Shown: positions 1 through 7,874 of the stretch, in pieces
How the letters are laid out: each line of letters begins with the position of its first letter
Position numbering within the stretch: the first letter of the stretch is position 1
The notes under the pieces: model-generated
What the model was told of the DNA's origin: nothing
The model's input: the letters and a program-made list of their open reading frames with translations, nothing else
The model's database searches: none
Assembly: GCA_040289515.1 (NCBI GenBank)
Contig: PSLI01000021.1
Location: forward strand, 1-35,579
Reading direction: 5' to 3'
Source of the DNA: Candidatus Sysuimicrobiota bacterium
GTDB lineage: Bacteria > Sysuimicrobiota > Sysuimicrobiia > Sysuimicrobiales > Sysuimicrobiaceae
Length of the DNA stretch: 35,579 nucleotides
Position numbers and translations under genes: made by a program

Positions 1-12
1 CTCGAGGGTCAT
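1..12 (-). CDS. 5' end of a gene running off the left edge (MTLE...), product unknown
   Basis: CAT at 10-12 is preceded on the minus strand by a strong SD (GGGGGAGGAGGAGC, 13-26). Divergent from the binding-protein gene; only 4 codons visible. Confidence 0.5.
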
Positions 13-149
13 GCTCCTCCTCCCCCTTCCGCAGCGTGTTGGGCCTCGGTTGGAGGATTCGGAGGCAGGGGCGTGGCCCTCTTCTCATGAGGAGGCCTCC
101 TGGTGTCAACACTACGTCCGCACAGGACAGTCTAAGGGAGGTGGTACGC

Positions 150-1190
150 GTGCGTGGACGAGTGGTGTGGCTGTGGGGGTTGCTGCTGGTGGCGGCCCTG
201 GTGCTGCCCGCCGCGGGCCAGACGGCCCGGCCGGAGCGGAGCCGGCTGGTGCTGGCCGTGGGCGGCAAGGAGGCTTTGGTGTACCTGCCCCTCACCGTGG
301 CGGAGCGGCTGGGCTACCTGCGGGAGACGGGGGTCCAGATCGACATCCAGAACTTCGCGGGGGGCGGACAGGCCCTGCGGGCCCTGGTGGGTGGAAGCGC
401 GGACGTGGTGAGCGGCTTCTACGACCACACCATCCAGATGCAGGCCCAGGGCCGGGACATCCGCGCCTTCGTGATGCAGCAGCGGTACCCCGGGCTGGTG
501 CTGGCGGTCACCAAGGCGGCGTACGAGGCGGGGGTGCGCGGGGTCCTGGACCTGCGGGGCAAGCGGGTGGGTGTGACAGCCCCGGGGTCCTCCACCCACT
601 TCTTCATCAACTTCCTCATGACCAAGGCGGGTGCGTCCCTGGGGGACTTCTCCGTGATCGGGGTCGGGGCGGGAGCCACCGCGGTGGCCGCGGTGCGCAA
701 CCGTCAGGTGGACGCCCTGGTGAACGTGGACCCGGTCATCTCCCTGCTGGAGAGCACCGGGGACATCGTGGTGCTGGCGGACACCCGCACCACCACCGGG
801 ACCCTGCGGGTTTTTGGGGGCCCGTACCCGGCCGCCTGCCTGTACGCCACGGGCGAGTTCATCGAGCGCAACCCCAACACCGTTTACGCCCTCACCCGGG
901 CCATGGTGAGGGCCCTGCGATGGATCCGCTCCCGCCACTCCGTGGAGGAGATCGTGAGCCTCATGCCGCCGGAGTACTACCAGGGCAACCGGGAGGTGTA
1001 CACGCAGGCGGTGCGCCACATGCTTCAGTCGTACTCCCCGGACGGGCGGATGCTGGAGGCAGGCCCCCCCAACGTGCTGCGGGTGCTATCCCAGTTCGAC
1101 CCCAACGTGAGCCGGGCGCGCATTGACCTAGCGAAGACCTACGAGACACGGTTCGTGGAGGCAGTGTTGAGGCAGCTGCGGGGCCAGTAA
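150..1190 (+). CDS. ABC transporter substrate-binding protein, NitT/TauT (NMT1/SsuA-like) family
   Basis: ORF 36..1190, with the start moved to GTG 150 behind SD GGAGGT (137-142). Signal peptide MRGRVVWLWGLLLVAALVLPAAG. Family-typical segments YLPLTVAERLGY, GGSADVVSGFYDHTI and GVTAPGSSTH. Confidence 0.85.
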   Translation: MRGRVVWLWGLLLVAALVLPAAGQTARPERSRLVLAVGGKEALVYLPLTVAERLGYLRETGVQIDIQNFAGGGQALRALVGGSADVVSGFYDHTIQMQAQGRDIRAFVMQQRYPGLVLAVTKAAYEAGVRGVLDLRGKRVGVTAPGSSTHFFINFLMTKAGASLGDFSVIGVGAGATAVAAVRNRQVDALVNVDPVISLLESTGDIVVLADTRTTTGTLRVFGGPYPAACLYATGEFIERNPNTVYALTRAMVRALRWIRSRHSVEEIVSLMPPEYYQGNREVYTQAVRHMLQSYSPDGRMLEAGPPNVLRVLSQFDPNVSRARIDLAKTYETRFVEAVLRQLRGQ

Positions 1191-1194
1191 GAGC

Positions 1195-1875
1195 TTACGG
1201 GCAACGTGCGCGGGCCGCCCGGGCGACGGCCCGGGCCAGGCGCAGGGGCTCGGGGGTGCGGTGGCGTGTGCAGAGCGCCAGCACCACCTGCACGGCCACG
1301 TCCGGTTCGGTGCGCCAGGCCGCATGCACGCACACAGGCCGCCCGCCGGGCCGGGTGCGTACCCAGTAGCCCACAGGCTCCCCGCCCGGCTGCAGGGGGC
1401 TTGTGGCCCCGCGGCGGTCCTCCGGCGGCTGGCCGGAGGCCACAAGGGGCCGGTCGGTGACGCCCACGGTGGGCACGTTCAGCACCGCGCCCAGGTGCAG
1501 GGCAAGGCCCGCGCCCCGGGGGTGATCTCGACCGGTGGCGTTCACGAGGAGCACGTCCGGCAGCCGGGGCAGGGCCCGGACCGCCGCCTCCAGCAAAGGG
1601 CCTTCCCGCAGCGCCAGCAGGCCGGGTTGGTATGCGGCGCGGACCCGCCCGCACACCACCGCCGATGAGCCCTGCGGCCGAGTCCAAAGTACCGCCGCAG
1701 CCCAGCAGGGCTCACCGGATCGACCCGGGCCCACTGGCCCCCGCGGGCCGCACGCGAAGCAGCCACCTGCCACCCAGGGTCCCGCGGGAACCCACGGCGG
1801 CGGTCGCATCCGGGCCAGCCGTTCCTGCTCGCGCACCAGCTGTTCGGGGCTGTCTGGCCAGCGCAGGGTCTCCAC
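1195..1875 (-). CDS. nfi: Endonuclease V-like protein, divergent active site
   Basis: C-terminal 226 aa of ORF 1195..2820, starting at GTG 1875. EndoV signatures AYQPGLLALREGP, PDVLLVNATGRDHPR, GLALHLG, PTVGV and RTPEPLRLA. Confidence 0.8.
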   Translation of the reverse strand: METLRWPDSPEQLVREQERLARMRPPPWVPAGPWVAGGCFACGPRGPVGPGRSGEPCWAAAVLWTRPQGSSAVVCGRVRAAYQPGLLALREGPLLEAAVRALPRLPDVLLVNATGRDHPRGAGLALHLGAVLNVPTVGVTDRPLVASGQPPEDRRGATSPLQPGGEPVGYWVRTRPGGRPVCVHAAWRTEPDVAVQVVLALCTRHRTPEPLRLARAVARAARARCP

Positions 1876-1947
1876 GCCGGGCGCCTTCGCGGTGGGTGTC
1901 CGGTTCCCTGCAGGACTGCCCGCACGCACCGCCAAACTGCACGCGCG

Positions 1948-2661
1948 ATGGTGCCGGGAATCCGGGTAGGCTGCTGCGGGTTTGCCCGCAGGCTGGAGGA
2001 GTATGCGCGTCAGCTGCCCGTGGTGGAGGTGCAGCAGACCTTCTACCGCCTCCCGCGGGTTCAGACCGCGCAGGCTTGGCGCCGCCGGGTGCCCGAGGAG
2101 TTCGAGTTCACCGTGAAGGCCTGGCAGCTCATCACCCATCCACCCACCAGCCCCACCTACCGCCGCCTGGGCCGCGCGCTTCCCGCCTCCGGGTTGGACC
2201 GATACGGATCCTTCGCACCCACCGAGGAGGTACACGAAGCGTGGCTGCGCACCCTGGAAGTGTGCCGGGCGCTGCGTGCCTCCGTGGTGGTGTTCCAGTG
2301 CCCCGCTAGCTTCACGCCCACCCAAACCCACGTGGCCCACCTGGAGCACTTCTTCCGCACCGTCCCCCGGGAGGGCCTGCAGTTTGCCTGGGAAGTCCGC
2401 GGCCCGTGGCCGGAGGACCTTGTGCGCCGGCTGTGTCAGGAGCTGGACCTGGTCCACTGCACCGACCCCTTCACAAGCCGCAGTGTCCACGGTGCCTTCG
2501 GTTACTACCGGCTGCACGGCCGGCGGGGCTACCGGTACCGGTACACGGACGAAGACCTCCGGCAGCTGCGGGAGTGGTGCCGAGCGCCCGCGTATGTGAT
2601 GTTCAACAACGTGAGCATGTGGGAGGACGCCCTGCGGTTTCGCCACCTGCTGGGCCCCTGA
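1948..2661 (+). CDS. DUF72 (YecE/YunF-like TIM-barrel) protein
   Basis: Motifs RVGCCGF, VEVQQTFY, FTVKAWQLITH, FQCPASF, WEVRG, YYRLHG and VMFNN. Confidence 0.9.
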   Translation: MVPGIRVGCCGFARRLEEYARQLPVVEVQQTFYRLPRVQTAQAWRRRVPEEFEFTVKAWQLITHPPTSPTYRRLGRALPASGLDRYGSFAPTEEVHEAWLRTLEVCRALRASVVVFQCPASFTPTQTHVAHLEHFFRTVPREGLQFAWEVRGPWPEDLVRRLCQELDLVHCTDPFTSRSVHGAFGYYRLHGRRGYRYRYTDEDLRQLREWCRAPAYVMFNNVSMWEDALRFRHLLGP

Positions 2662-2710
2662 AGGCTTCCGGGGAGGGGCCGTCGAAGGCTTGGGTGCGAG
2701 GGATCCGGGG

Positions 2711-3781
2711 ATGCGGTGGTTGTGGGTGGTGGCGGGACTGCTGGGAGCGGTGGGCGCGGGCCTTCCCGCACGCCCCCGGACGGCGGAGTGGGTGCGCGGT
2801 CTGGAGATCCCCTGGTCCATCGCGTTCGCACCCGACGGACGCGCCTTCGTGACCGAACGGCCGGGGCGGGTGCGGGTGGTGCGGGAAGGCCGCCTGGACC
2901 CGCAACCCGTGGTGACGCTGCCCGTGGCCCACGTGGGTGAGGGCGGGCTGTTGGGGTTGGCCCTGCACCCCCGTTTCCCGGCTAAGCCCTTCGTGTACGT
3001 GTACTACACGTACCAGCGGGACGGGCTTCGCAACCGGGTAGAGCGGCTGCGGGAGTCCGGCGGCAGACTCCTGCGGGACCGCGTAATCCTGGACGACATC
3101 CCGGGAGCCTTCGTGCACGACGGCGGCCGCATCCGGTTCGGCCCGGACGGGATGCTGTACGTGGGTACCGGAGACGCCCGTCAGCCCTCCCTGGCCCAGG
3201 ATCCGCGTTCCCTGGCAGGCAAAATCCTCCGGATCACTCCCGACGGTGCGGTGCCCCCTGACAACCCCTTCCCCGGCTCGCCCGTGTACTCCCTGGGCCA
3301 CCGCAACGTGCAGGGCCTCGCCTGGCACCGGCAGACGCGGCGCCTGTACGCCACGGAGCACGGGCCGTCTGGGGAGCGAGGCTTCGCCCACGACGAGGTG
3401 AACCTCATCCGCCCGGGTGCCAACTACGGGTGGCCGGACCTGCTGTGCGGGCAGGGCAGTCGGCCCGAGTTCGTGGACGCTGTGGCCTGCAGTGGGGACG
3501 AGACGTGGGCTCCCTCCGGTGCCGACTTCGTGACCCGCGGTAGCTGGCGCGGCCGGCTGCTCGTGGCGAACCTCCGCGGGGCCCATCTGCGGGCCTTCCT
3601 GCTGAGCCCGGACGGCATGCGGGTGGACCGACAGGAGGTGGTGCTGTCCGGCTTTGGGCGCCTGCGGGAAGTGGTGGAGGGCCCCGGCGGAGCTCTGTAC
3701 GTGCTCACCAGCAACCGGGACGGCCGGGGGCGCCCCACGGAAGGCGACGACCGCATCCTGAGGATCCCCTTGCCGCCTTGA
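2711..3781 (+). CDS. PQQ-dependent sugar dehydrogenase (GSDH / soluble aldose dehydrogenase beta-propeller), exported
   Basis: Motifs PWSIAFAPDG, GEGGLLGLALHP, HDGGRIRFGPDGMLYV, GKILRI, GHRNVQG and GANYGWP. Signal-peptide-like N-terminus from ATG 2711. Confidence 0.9.
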   Translation: MRWLWVVAGLLGAVGAGLPARPRTAEWVRGLEIPWSIAFAPDGRAFVTERPGRVRVVREGRLDPQPVVTLPVAHVGEGGLLGLALHPRFPAKPFVYVYYTYQRDGLRNRVERLRESGGRLLRDRVILDDIPGAFVHDGGRIRFGPDGMLYVGTGDARQPSLAQDPRSLAGKILRITPDGAVPPDNPFPGSPVYSLGHRNVQGLAWHRQTRRLYATEHGPSGERGFAHDEVNLIRPGANYGWPDLLCGQGSRPEFVDAVACSGDETWAPSGADFVTRGSWRGRLLVANLRGAHLRAFLLSPDGMRVDRQEVVLSGFGRLREVVEGPGGALYVLTSNRDGRGRPTEGDDRILRIPLPP

Positions 3782-3806
3782 AGGGATCCCAAACGGGAGG
3801 TGACGC

Positions 3807-4259
3807 GTGAGCGAGGTGGTACACGTCGTTAAGGTGCGGGTGGTACAGGAGGAGCGGCCCAAGTGCCGGGCGTACGTGGCGGGGTTCACCGAGCGCATCT
3901 GGTTCGGCGTGCACTCCGGCCTGGCCCCCTTGTACGGGATCCAGCCCAAGGAACCCCTGCCCGCCACGCTCGACGATCTGGTGGCCGCGGGCTGACTGGT
4001 GGGCACCCTGGCAGGCGCGCTGGAAGCGCGCGGGATTCCCAGTTACCCGGACAGGCTGTGGGCGGAAGCGGAAGGGACCATCGCAGCGCCGGAGGGGGTC
4101 ATGAAGGTGACCCACATTCGCGTCACCTACCACCTGCGGATCCCCCGGGGGAAGCGGCTGGAGGCGGAGCCGGCGGTGTTCGCCAGGCGCTGCCCTGTGC
4201 CCCAGACCCTCGCGGGCTGCGTGACCTTCGAGCACCTGGCGCAGGTGGAGGAGGACTGA
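3807..4259 (+). CDS. OsmC-like protein with in-frame UGA (candidate selenoprotein), 150 aa
   Basis: ORFs 3807..3995 and 3999..4259 are in one frame, separated only by TGA 3993-3995 (LVAAG-U-LVGTLAGALEARGI). The UGA occupies the OsmC catalytic Cys position, the second Cys lies in RRCPV, and SD GGAGGT precedes GTG 3807. Confidence 0.75.
3996..4042 (+). promoter_or_regulatory. Putative bacterial SECIS element
   Basis: Apical stem GCGCGCT (4015-4021) / AGCGCGC (4025-4031) with a G-starting loop GGA 26 nt after the UGA. Lower pairings CCC/GGG and CTGG (3996-3999) / CCAG (4039-4042). Confidence 0.6.
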
Positions 4260-4275
4260 GGGCGCCTGGGAGCCC

Positions 4276-5553
4276 TTGCGCGGCGTGGCGCGCTGGTTTC
4301 CACAGGGCTTCCGCTGGGGGACCGCCACCAGCGCCCACCAGGTGGAGGGTTGCAACCGCAACAACGACTGGTGGGCCTTCGAGCAGATGCCCGGCCGCAT
4401 CCACGGCGGGGACCGATCCGGCCGCGCGTGCGACTGGTGGCGCAACGCAGAGGCGGACTTCGACCGCATGGCGGAGCTGCACCAGAACGCCCACCGCATG
4501 TCCGTCGAGTGGAGCCGGCTGGAGCCCGCACCGGGTCGCGTGGACGAGGCCGCCCTGCGCCGCTACCGGGAGATGCTGCGGGGGTTGCGGGACCGCGGGG
4601 TAGAGCCCCTGGTGACCCTGCAGCACTTCACCCTACCCCTGTGGGTGGCCTACCGGGGCGGGTGGGAGAACGCCTCGGTGGTGGAATGGTTTGGGGCTTT
4701 CGCGCGGCGGTGTGCGGAGTGGTTCGGGGACTTGGTGGACCTGTGGGTGACGGTGAACGAGCCCAACCTCGTGGTGATCCTAGGCTACCTGCAGGGGCGG
4801 CACCCTCCTGGGCTACGGGACCCCCGGAGGGCCCTGCAGGCCGCGCATCACCTCCTGCGGGCGCATGCGGCCGCCTACCACGCCCTGCACGAGGTGCAGC
4901 CACAGGCGCGGGTGGGGATCGCACACCACCTGCGCCCCATGGACCCGCAGCGGCCCGGCCACCTGCTGGACGTAAAGGTGGCGCACTGGCACGGGGAGTG
5001 GTTCAACTGGAGCTGGCTGGACGTGCTGCACCGGGGCCGGGCGTCGGCGGTCTCGCGCTTCCGCGGACTGCAGGAGTGCGCGGGTAGCCTGGACTTCGTA
5101 GGGGTCAACTACTACACCCGCGACCGGGTGCGGTTCACCCCGCGGGCACACCTGGCCTTCGGGGTACATGGGCCGACCCCCGGAGTTCCCACCAGCGACT
5201 TCGGCTACGGGGAGATCTACCCGGAAGGCTTGTTGCGCGTGCTGCGGGAGGCGTGGCGGCGTTACCGCAAGCCCCTCTACGTCACGGAGAACGGACTGCC
5301 GGACGCGCAGGACCGCCTTCGGGCGAAGTTTCTTGTGGACCACCTGGGAATGGTGCACCGGGCTCTGCAGGAGGGCGTGCCCGTGCTGGGGTACTATCAC
5401 TGGTCTCTGGTGGACAACTTCGAGTGGGCGGAGGGCTGGCGCATGCGGTTCGGGCTGGTGGCTGTGGACCAGACCTCCCAGCGCCGACAGCCAAGGCCGT
5501 CGGCGTACGTGTACGCCGCGGTCTGCGCGGCCAACGCGCTGCCGGATCCATAG
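4276..5553 (+). CDS. Glycoside hydrolase family 1 (beta-glucosidase/galactosidase)
   Basis: Motifs WGTATSAHQVEG, SVEWSR, TLQHFTLP, acid/base TVNEP, GVNYY, nucleophile YVTENG and WSLVDNFEWAEG. The start could be TTG 4276 or GTG 4285. Confidence 0.93.
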   Translation: MRGVARWFPQGFRWGTATSAHQVEGCNRNNDWWAFEQMPGRIHGGDRSGRACDWWRNAEADFDRMAELHQNAHRMSVEWSRLEPAPGRVDEAALRRYREMLRGLRDRGVEPLVTLQHFTLPLWVAYRGGWENASVVEWFGAFARRCAEWFGDLVDLWVTVNEPNLVVILGYLQGRHPPGLRDPRRALQAAHHLLRAHAAAYHALHEVQPQARVGIAHHLRPMDPQRPGHLLDVKVAHWHGEWFNWSWLDVLHRGRASAVSRFRGLQECAGSLDFVGVNYYTRDRVRFTPRAHLAFGVHGPTPGVPTSDFGYGEIYPEGLLRVLREAWRRYRKPLYVTENGLPDAQDRLRAKFLVDHLGMVHRALQEGVPVLGYYHWSLVDNFEWAEGWRMRFGLVAVDQTSQRRQPRPSAYVYAAVCAANALPDP

Positions 5554-5597
5554 ACCCCACCCGCGTCCATCCATTGAAAGGTTCTACGCCAGGCAGG

Positions 5598-5625
5598 TTG
5601 ACCTGCACGGTGCGTCTGCTAGGAT
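5598..5625 (+). promoter_or_regulatory. Sigma70-type promoter with an inverted repeat over the -35
   Basis: TTGACC (5598-5603), 16-nt spacer, extended -10 TGcTAGGAT (5617-5625). Palindrome GCAGGT-tg-ACCTGC at 5593-5606. Confidence 0.6.
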
Positions 5626-5750
5626 AAAGGCGGACGCGGTGGCCGACGGGCACGGAGCCCGCCGGGGCCGCGTTGATGTTTGACGAGGGACGTCCGGGCC
5701 GGTGCCCGGCGACGCGGTCGGGCGACCGGCCCGATCGTTGGAGGCACCGG

Positions 5751-6116
5751 ATGCTGCGGACGCATCGCGAGGCGCTGTGGGAGGTTCGGCGGGAGATGGT
5801 GGCCATTCGGGCGGACTACCGGGAGGTGCTGAACCGTGAGCGCCGGGTGCGCCAGGACGTTGCCGGGTACATGAAGGTGCACACCGCCCCTGCGTACCGA
5901 GGCCAGCATCGGGCGGCGCTGGAAGTTGCCCGGCGCCTGGCCCGAGAGGGCCTGGAGGCGCGCCGGAAGGCTCTGCAGGAGAACGCCTGGCTGCTGAAGG
6001 TGGTTGCTCTGTACGAGCACCTCCAGCAGATGCGGGCCCAGCGGGACCGGGCTCGGGCGGAGCGGCGGGCGCAGGTGCGTCCTGTCACGGCGCAGCCCGC
6101 AGTGGCACAAACCTAG
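5751..6116 (+). CDS. Hypothetical basic alpha-helical/coiled-coil protein (121 aa)
   Basis: SD GGAGG 5740-5744 then ATG 5751, in frame with ORF 5673..6116. Host-like codon usage; flanked by its own promoter and terminator. Confidence 0.65.
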   Translation: MLRTHREALWEVRREMVAIRADYREVLNRERRVRQDVAGYMKVHTAPAYRGQHRAALEVARRLAREGLEARRKALQENAWLLKVVALYEHLQQMRAQRDRARAERRAQVRPVTAQPAVAQT

Positions 6117-6167
6117 GGCCACCCCACCCCTCGGCTCCCCCGGCCGAGGGTGATGCCCCACCCCCCA

Positions 6168-6201
6168 CCAGCGGCGGCCCTCATGGCCGCCGCTGGCTTT
6201 T
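6168..6201 (+). terminator. Intrinsic terminator
   Basis: Perfect 12-bp stem CCAGCGGCGGCC / GGCCGCCGCTGG with a 5-nt loop, followed by CTTTT. A second hairpin CCCTCGGC/GCCGAGGG lies at 6128-6150. Confidence 0.75.
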
Positions 6202-6215
6202 CGGCGCTTCCCGTG

Positions 6216-6803
6216 CTACGGCCGTAGGGCTTGGACCCGCGGATGGCGGCGAAGGCGCCGGAGGAACTCACGCCTGGTTCCGTAAACCGTCTCGGTGGTG
6301 GGGAACAGGTCCGGGTGGCGGCGCCGCAGCTCCTGAGGGCTGGTCCCGCACACAAAAGTCTCGTACACCAGCACGCGTTCCCGCTCGTCCTGCACCACAG
6401 ACTGGACCACCGCCCACAGCTCCTCCCGTTCGAGGTTTCGCAACGCCTCCGCCTCGGGGTCCACGGCTTCGGAGACGTGGGCGTGCTCCTCAAAGACGCT
6501 CGGCCCCTGCCGGCGGACCACGTCCAGGATAGCGGTGTGGGCGCACATTTTCAGGTAGCGGAGCAAGCTGGCCGCGTTTGGGAAGCGGGCGAACTTGTCT
6601 GCGTCCACGGCGGAGTACAGGCGGTCGAAGGCGCGGTTCACAAAGTAGGCCACGGGCTCCCCGGTCTGCAGGAAGGAGGGGTGGCGGCGCACCCAAGCGG
6701 CCACCAGGCTCTCGTATCGGGCGTATAGCTCCCGCCAGGCGTCGGCGTCCCGCTGCGCCAACGCTCGGCGGAACAGGGCATACACCTGGTCGTCTTGGCC
6801 CAC
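6216..6803 (-). CDS. ECF-like sigma-70 family RNA polymerase sigma factor
   Basis: C-terminal 195 aa of ORF 6216..7241. Region-2-like segments RDADAWRELYARYESLVAAWVRR and LLRYLKMCAHTAILDVVRR; region-4-like DERERVLV...GTSPQEL...VYGTRREFLRRLRR. Start uncertain (GTG 6803). Confidence 0.75.
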   Translation of the reverse strand: MGQDDQVYALFRRALAQRDADAWRELYARYESLVAAWVRRHPSFLQTGEPVAYFVNRAFDRLYSAVDADKFARFPNAASLLRYLKMCAHTAILDVVRRQGPSVFEEHAHVSEAVDPEAEALRNLEREELWAVVQSVVQDERERVLVYETFVCGTSPQELRRRHPDLFPTTETVYGTRREFLRRLRRHPRVQALRP

Positions 6804-6894
6804 GGTCCGGTTCCGGCACCCCCCAGCGGGTGCGCGGTGGGGAGGTCGAGGAAGTATTCTGGCGGGGAGGGCTGGATTCCTTGCGGAGGTGAGT

Positions 6895-7839
6895 ATGCGG
6901 GTGCTGGTCACGGGAGGGGCAGGCTTCGTTGGGTCCTTCGTGGTGGAGGCCCTGCGGGACGCAGGCCACCGGGTGGCCGTGGTGGACACTCTGAAATCCG
7001 GTCGGGCGGAGTTCGTGCCCCAGGGCGTTCCCCTGTACCAGCTGGATGTAACCAGCCCCGCCCTGCGGGAGGTGTTTGAGGAAGAGCGGCCGGAGGCGGT
7101 GTGCCACCACGCGGCGCAGGCCTCGGTGGCGGTGTCCGTCCGGGACCCCCTTGAGGACGCCCGGGTGAACGTGCTGGGAACCCTCAACGTGCTGCAGTGC
7201 TGCGTCCGGTACGGGGTTGGCCGAGTGCTGTTTGCCAGCACCGGAGGTGCCCTCTACGGGGACCCGGACTCCCTGCCGGTCCGTGAGGACGACCCCCCGC
7301 GACCCCTGAGCCCGTACGGGGTGCATAAGTTTTGCGGGGAACAGCACCTGGCCAACTACGGCCGGCTGTACGGGATCCGGTGGGCAGCCCTACGCTACGG
7401 GAACGTGTACGGGCCGCGGCAGGACCCGTACGGGGAGGCGGGAGTGGTGGCCATCTTTTGCGCTGCCATGCTGGAGGGCCGACAGCCCGTGATCTTCGGG
7501 GACGGGCTACACACCCGTGACTATGTGTACGTGGAGGACGCGGCACACGCCACCCTCCTGGCCCTGGAGGTGGGCGCGGAGGGCGTGATCAACGTGGGCA
7601 CCGGCGTGGAGACATCCACCCGCCGCATCTTCGAGCTGGTGCGGAACGCCACGGGCTACCGGGGTGAGCCGCACTACGGCCCCCCGCGGCCGGGAGATGT
7701 GCGGCGCATCTGCCTGGATGCCACGCGGGCCGAACAAGTGCTCGGATGGCGACCCGGGGTCTCCCTGGAGGAGGGCATCGCCCGCACCGTGGCCTGGTTC
7801 CGAAACCGCGCAGGGGCTGGACACCGGGACGTACCATAA
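6895..7839 (+). CDS. NAD-dependent epimerase/dehydratase (UDP-glucose 4-epimerase-like extended SDR)
   Basis: Rossmann motif TGGAGFVG, HHAAQ, ASTGGALYG, YxxxK (YGVHK), LRYGNVYGPRQ and RDYVYVED. SD GGAGGT precedes ATG 6895. Confidence 0.92.
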   Translation: MRVLVTGGAGFVGSFVVEALRDAGHRVAVVDTLKSGRAEFVPQGVPLYQLDVTSPALREVFEEERPEAVCHHAAQASVAVSVRDPLEDARVNVLGTLNVLQCCVRYGVGRVLFASTGGALYGDPDSLPVREDDPPRPLSPYGVHKFCGEQHLANYGRLYGIRWAALRYGNVYGPRQDPYGEAGVVAIFCAAMLEGRQPVIFGDGLHTRDYVYVEDAAHATLLALEVGAEGVINVGTGVETSTRRIFELVRNATGYRGEPHYGPPRPGDVRRICLDATRAEQVLGWRPGVSLEEGIARTVAWFRNRAGAGHRDVP

Positions 7840-7874
7840 GACGTGCAGGAGTCTAGCTCCCAGGGGAGCAGTTC

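Noticed and set aside
104..109. Perfect minus-strand TTGACA pointing at the edge gene
   Set aside because: No acceptable -10 at 16-18 nt spacing, so it was not called as a promoter.
1187..1198. Palindrome GTAAG-AG-CTTAC
   Set aside because: Explained by two convergent TAA stop codons.
1876..2820. N-terminal 315 aa of ORF 1195..2820
   Set aside because: It is the antisense shadow of the DUF72 and GSDH genes; only the part from GTG 1875 has EndoV motifs.
7838..7856. AGAC...GGAGTCT upstream of ku, resembling the ligD upstream palindrome
   Set aside because: Half-site spacing differs (N8 versus N4) and the match is too short to call a shared operator.
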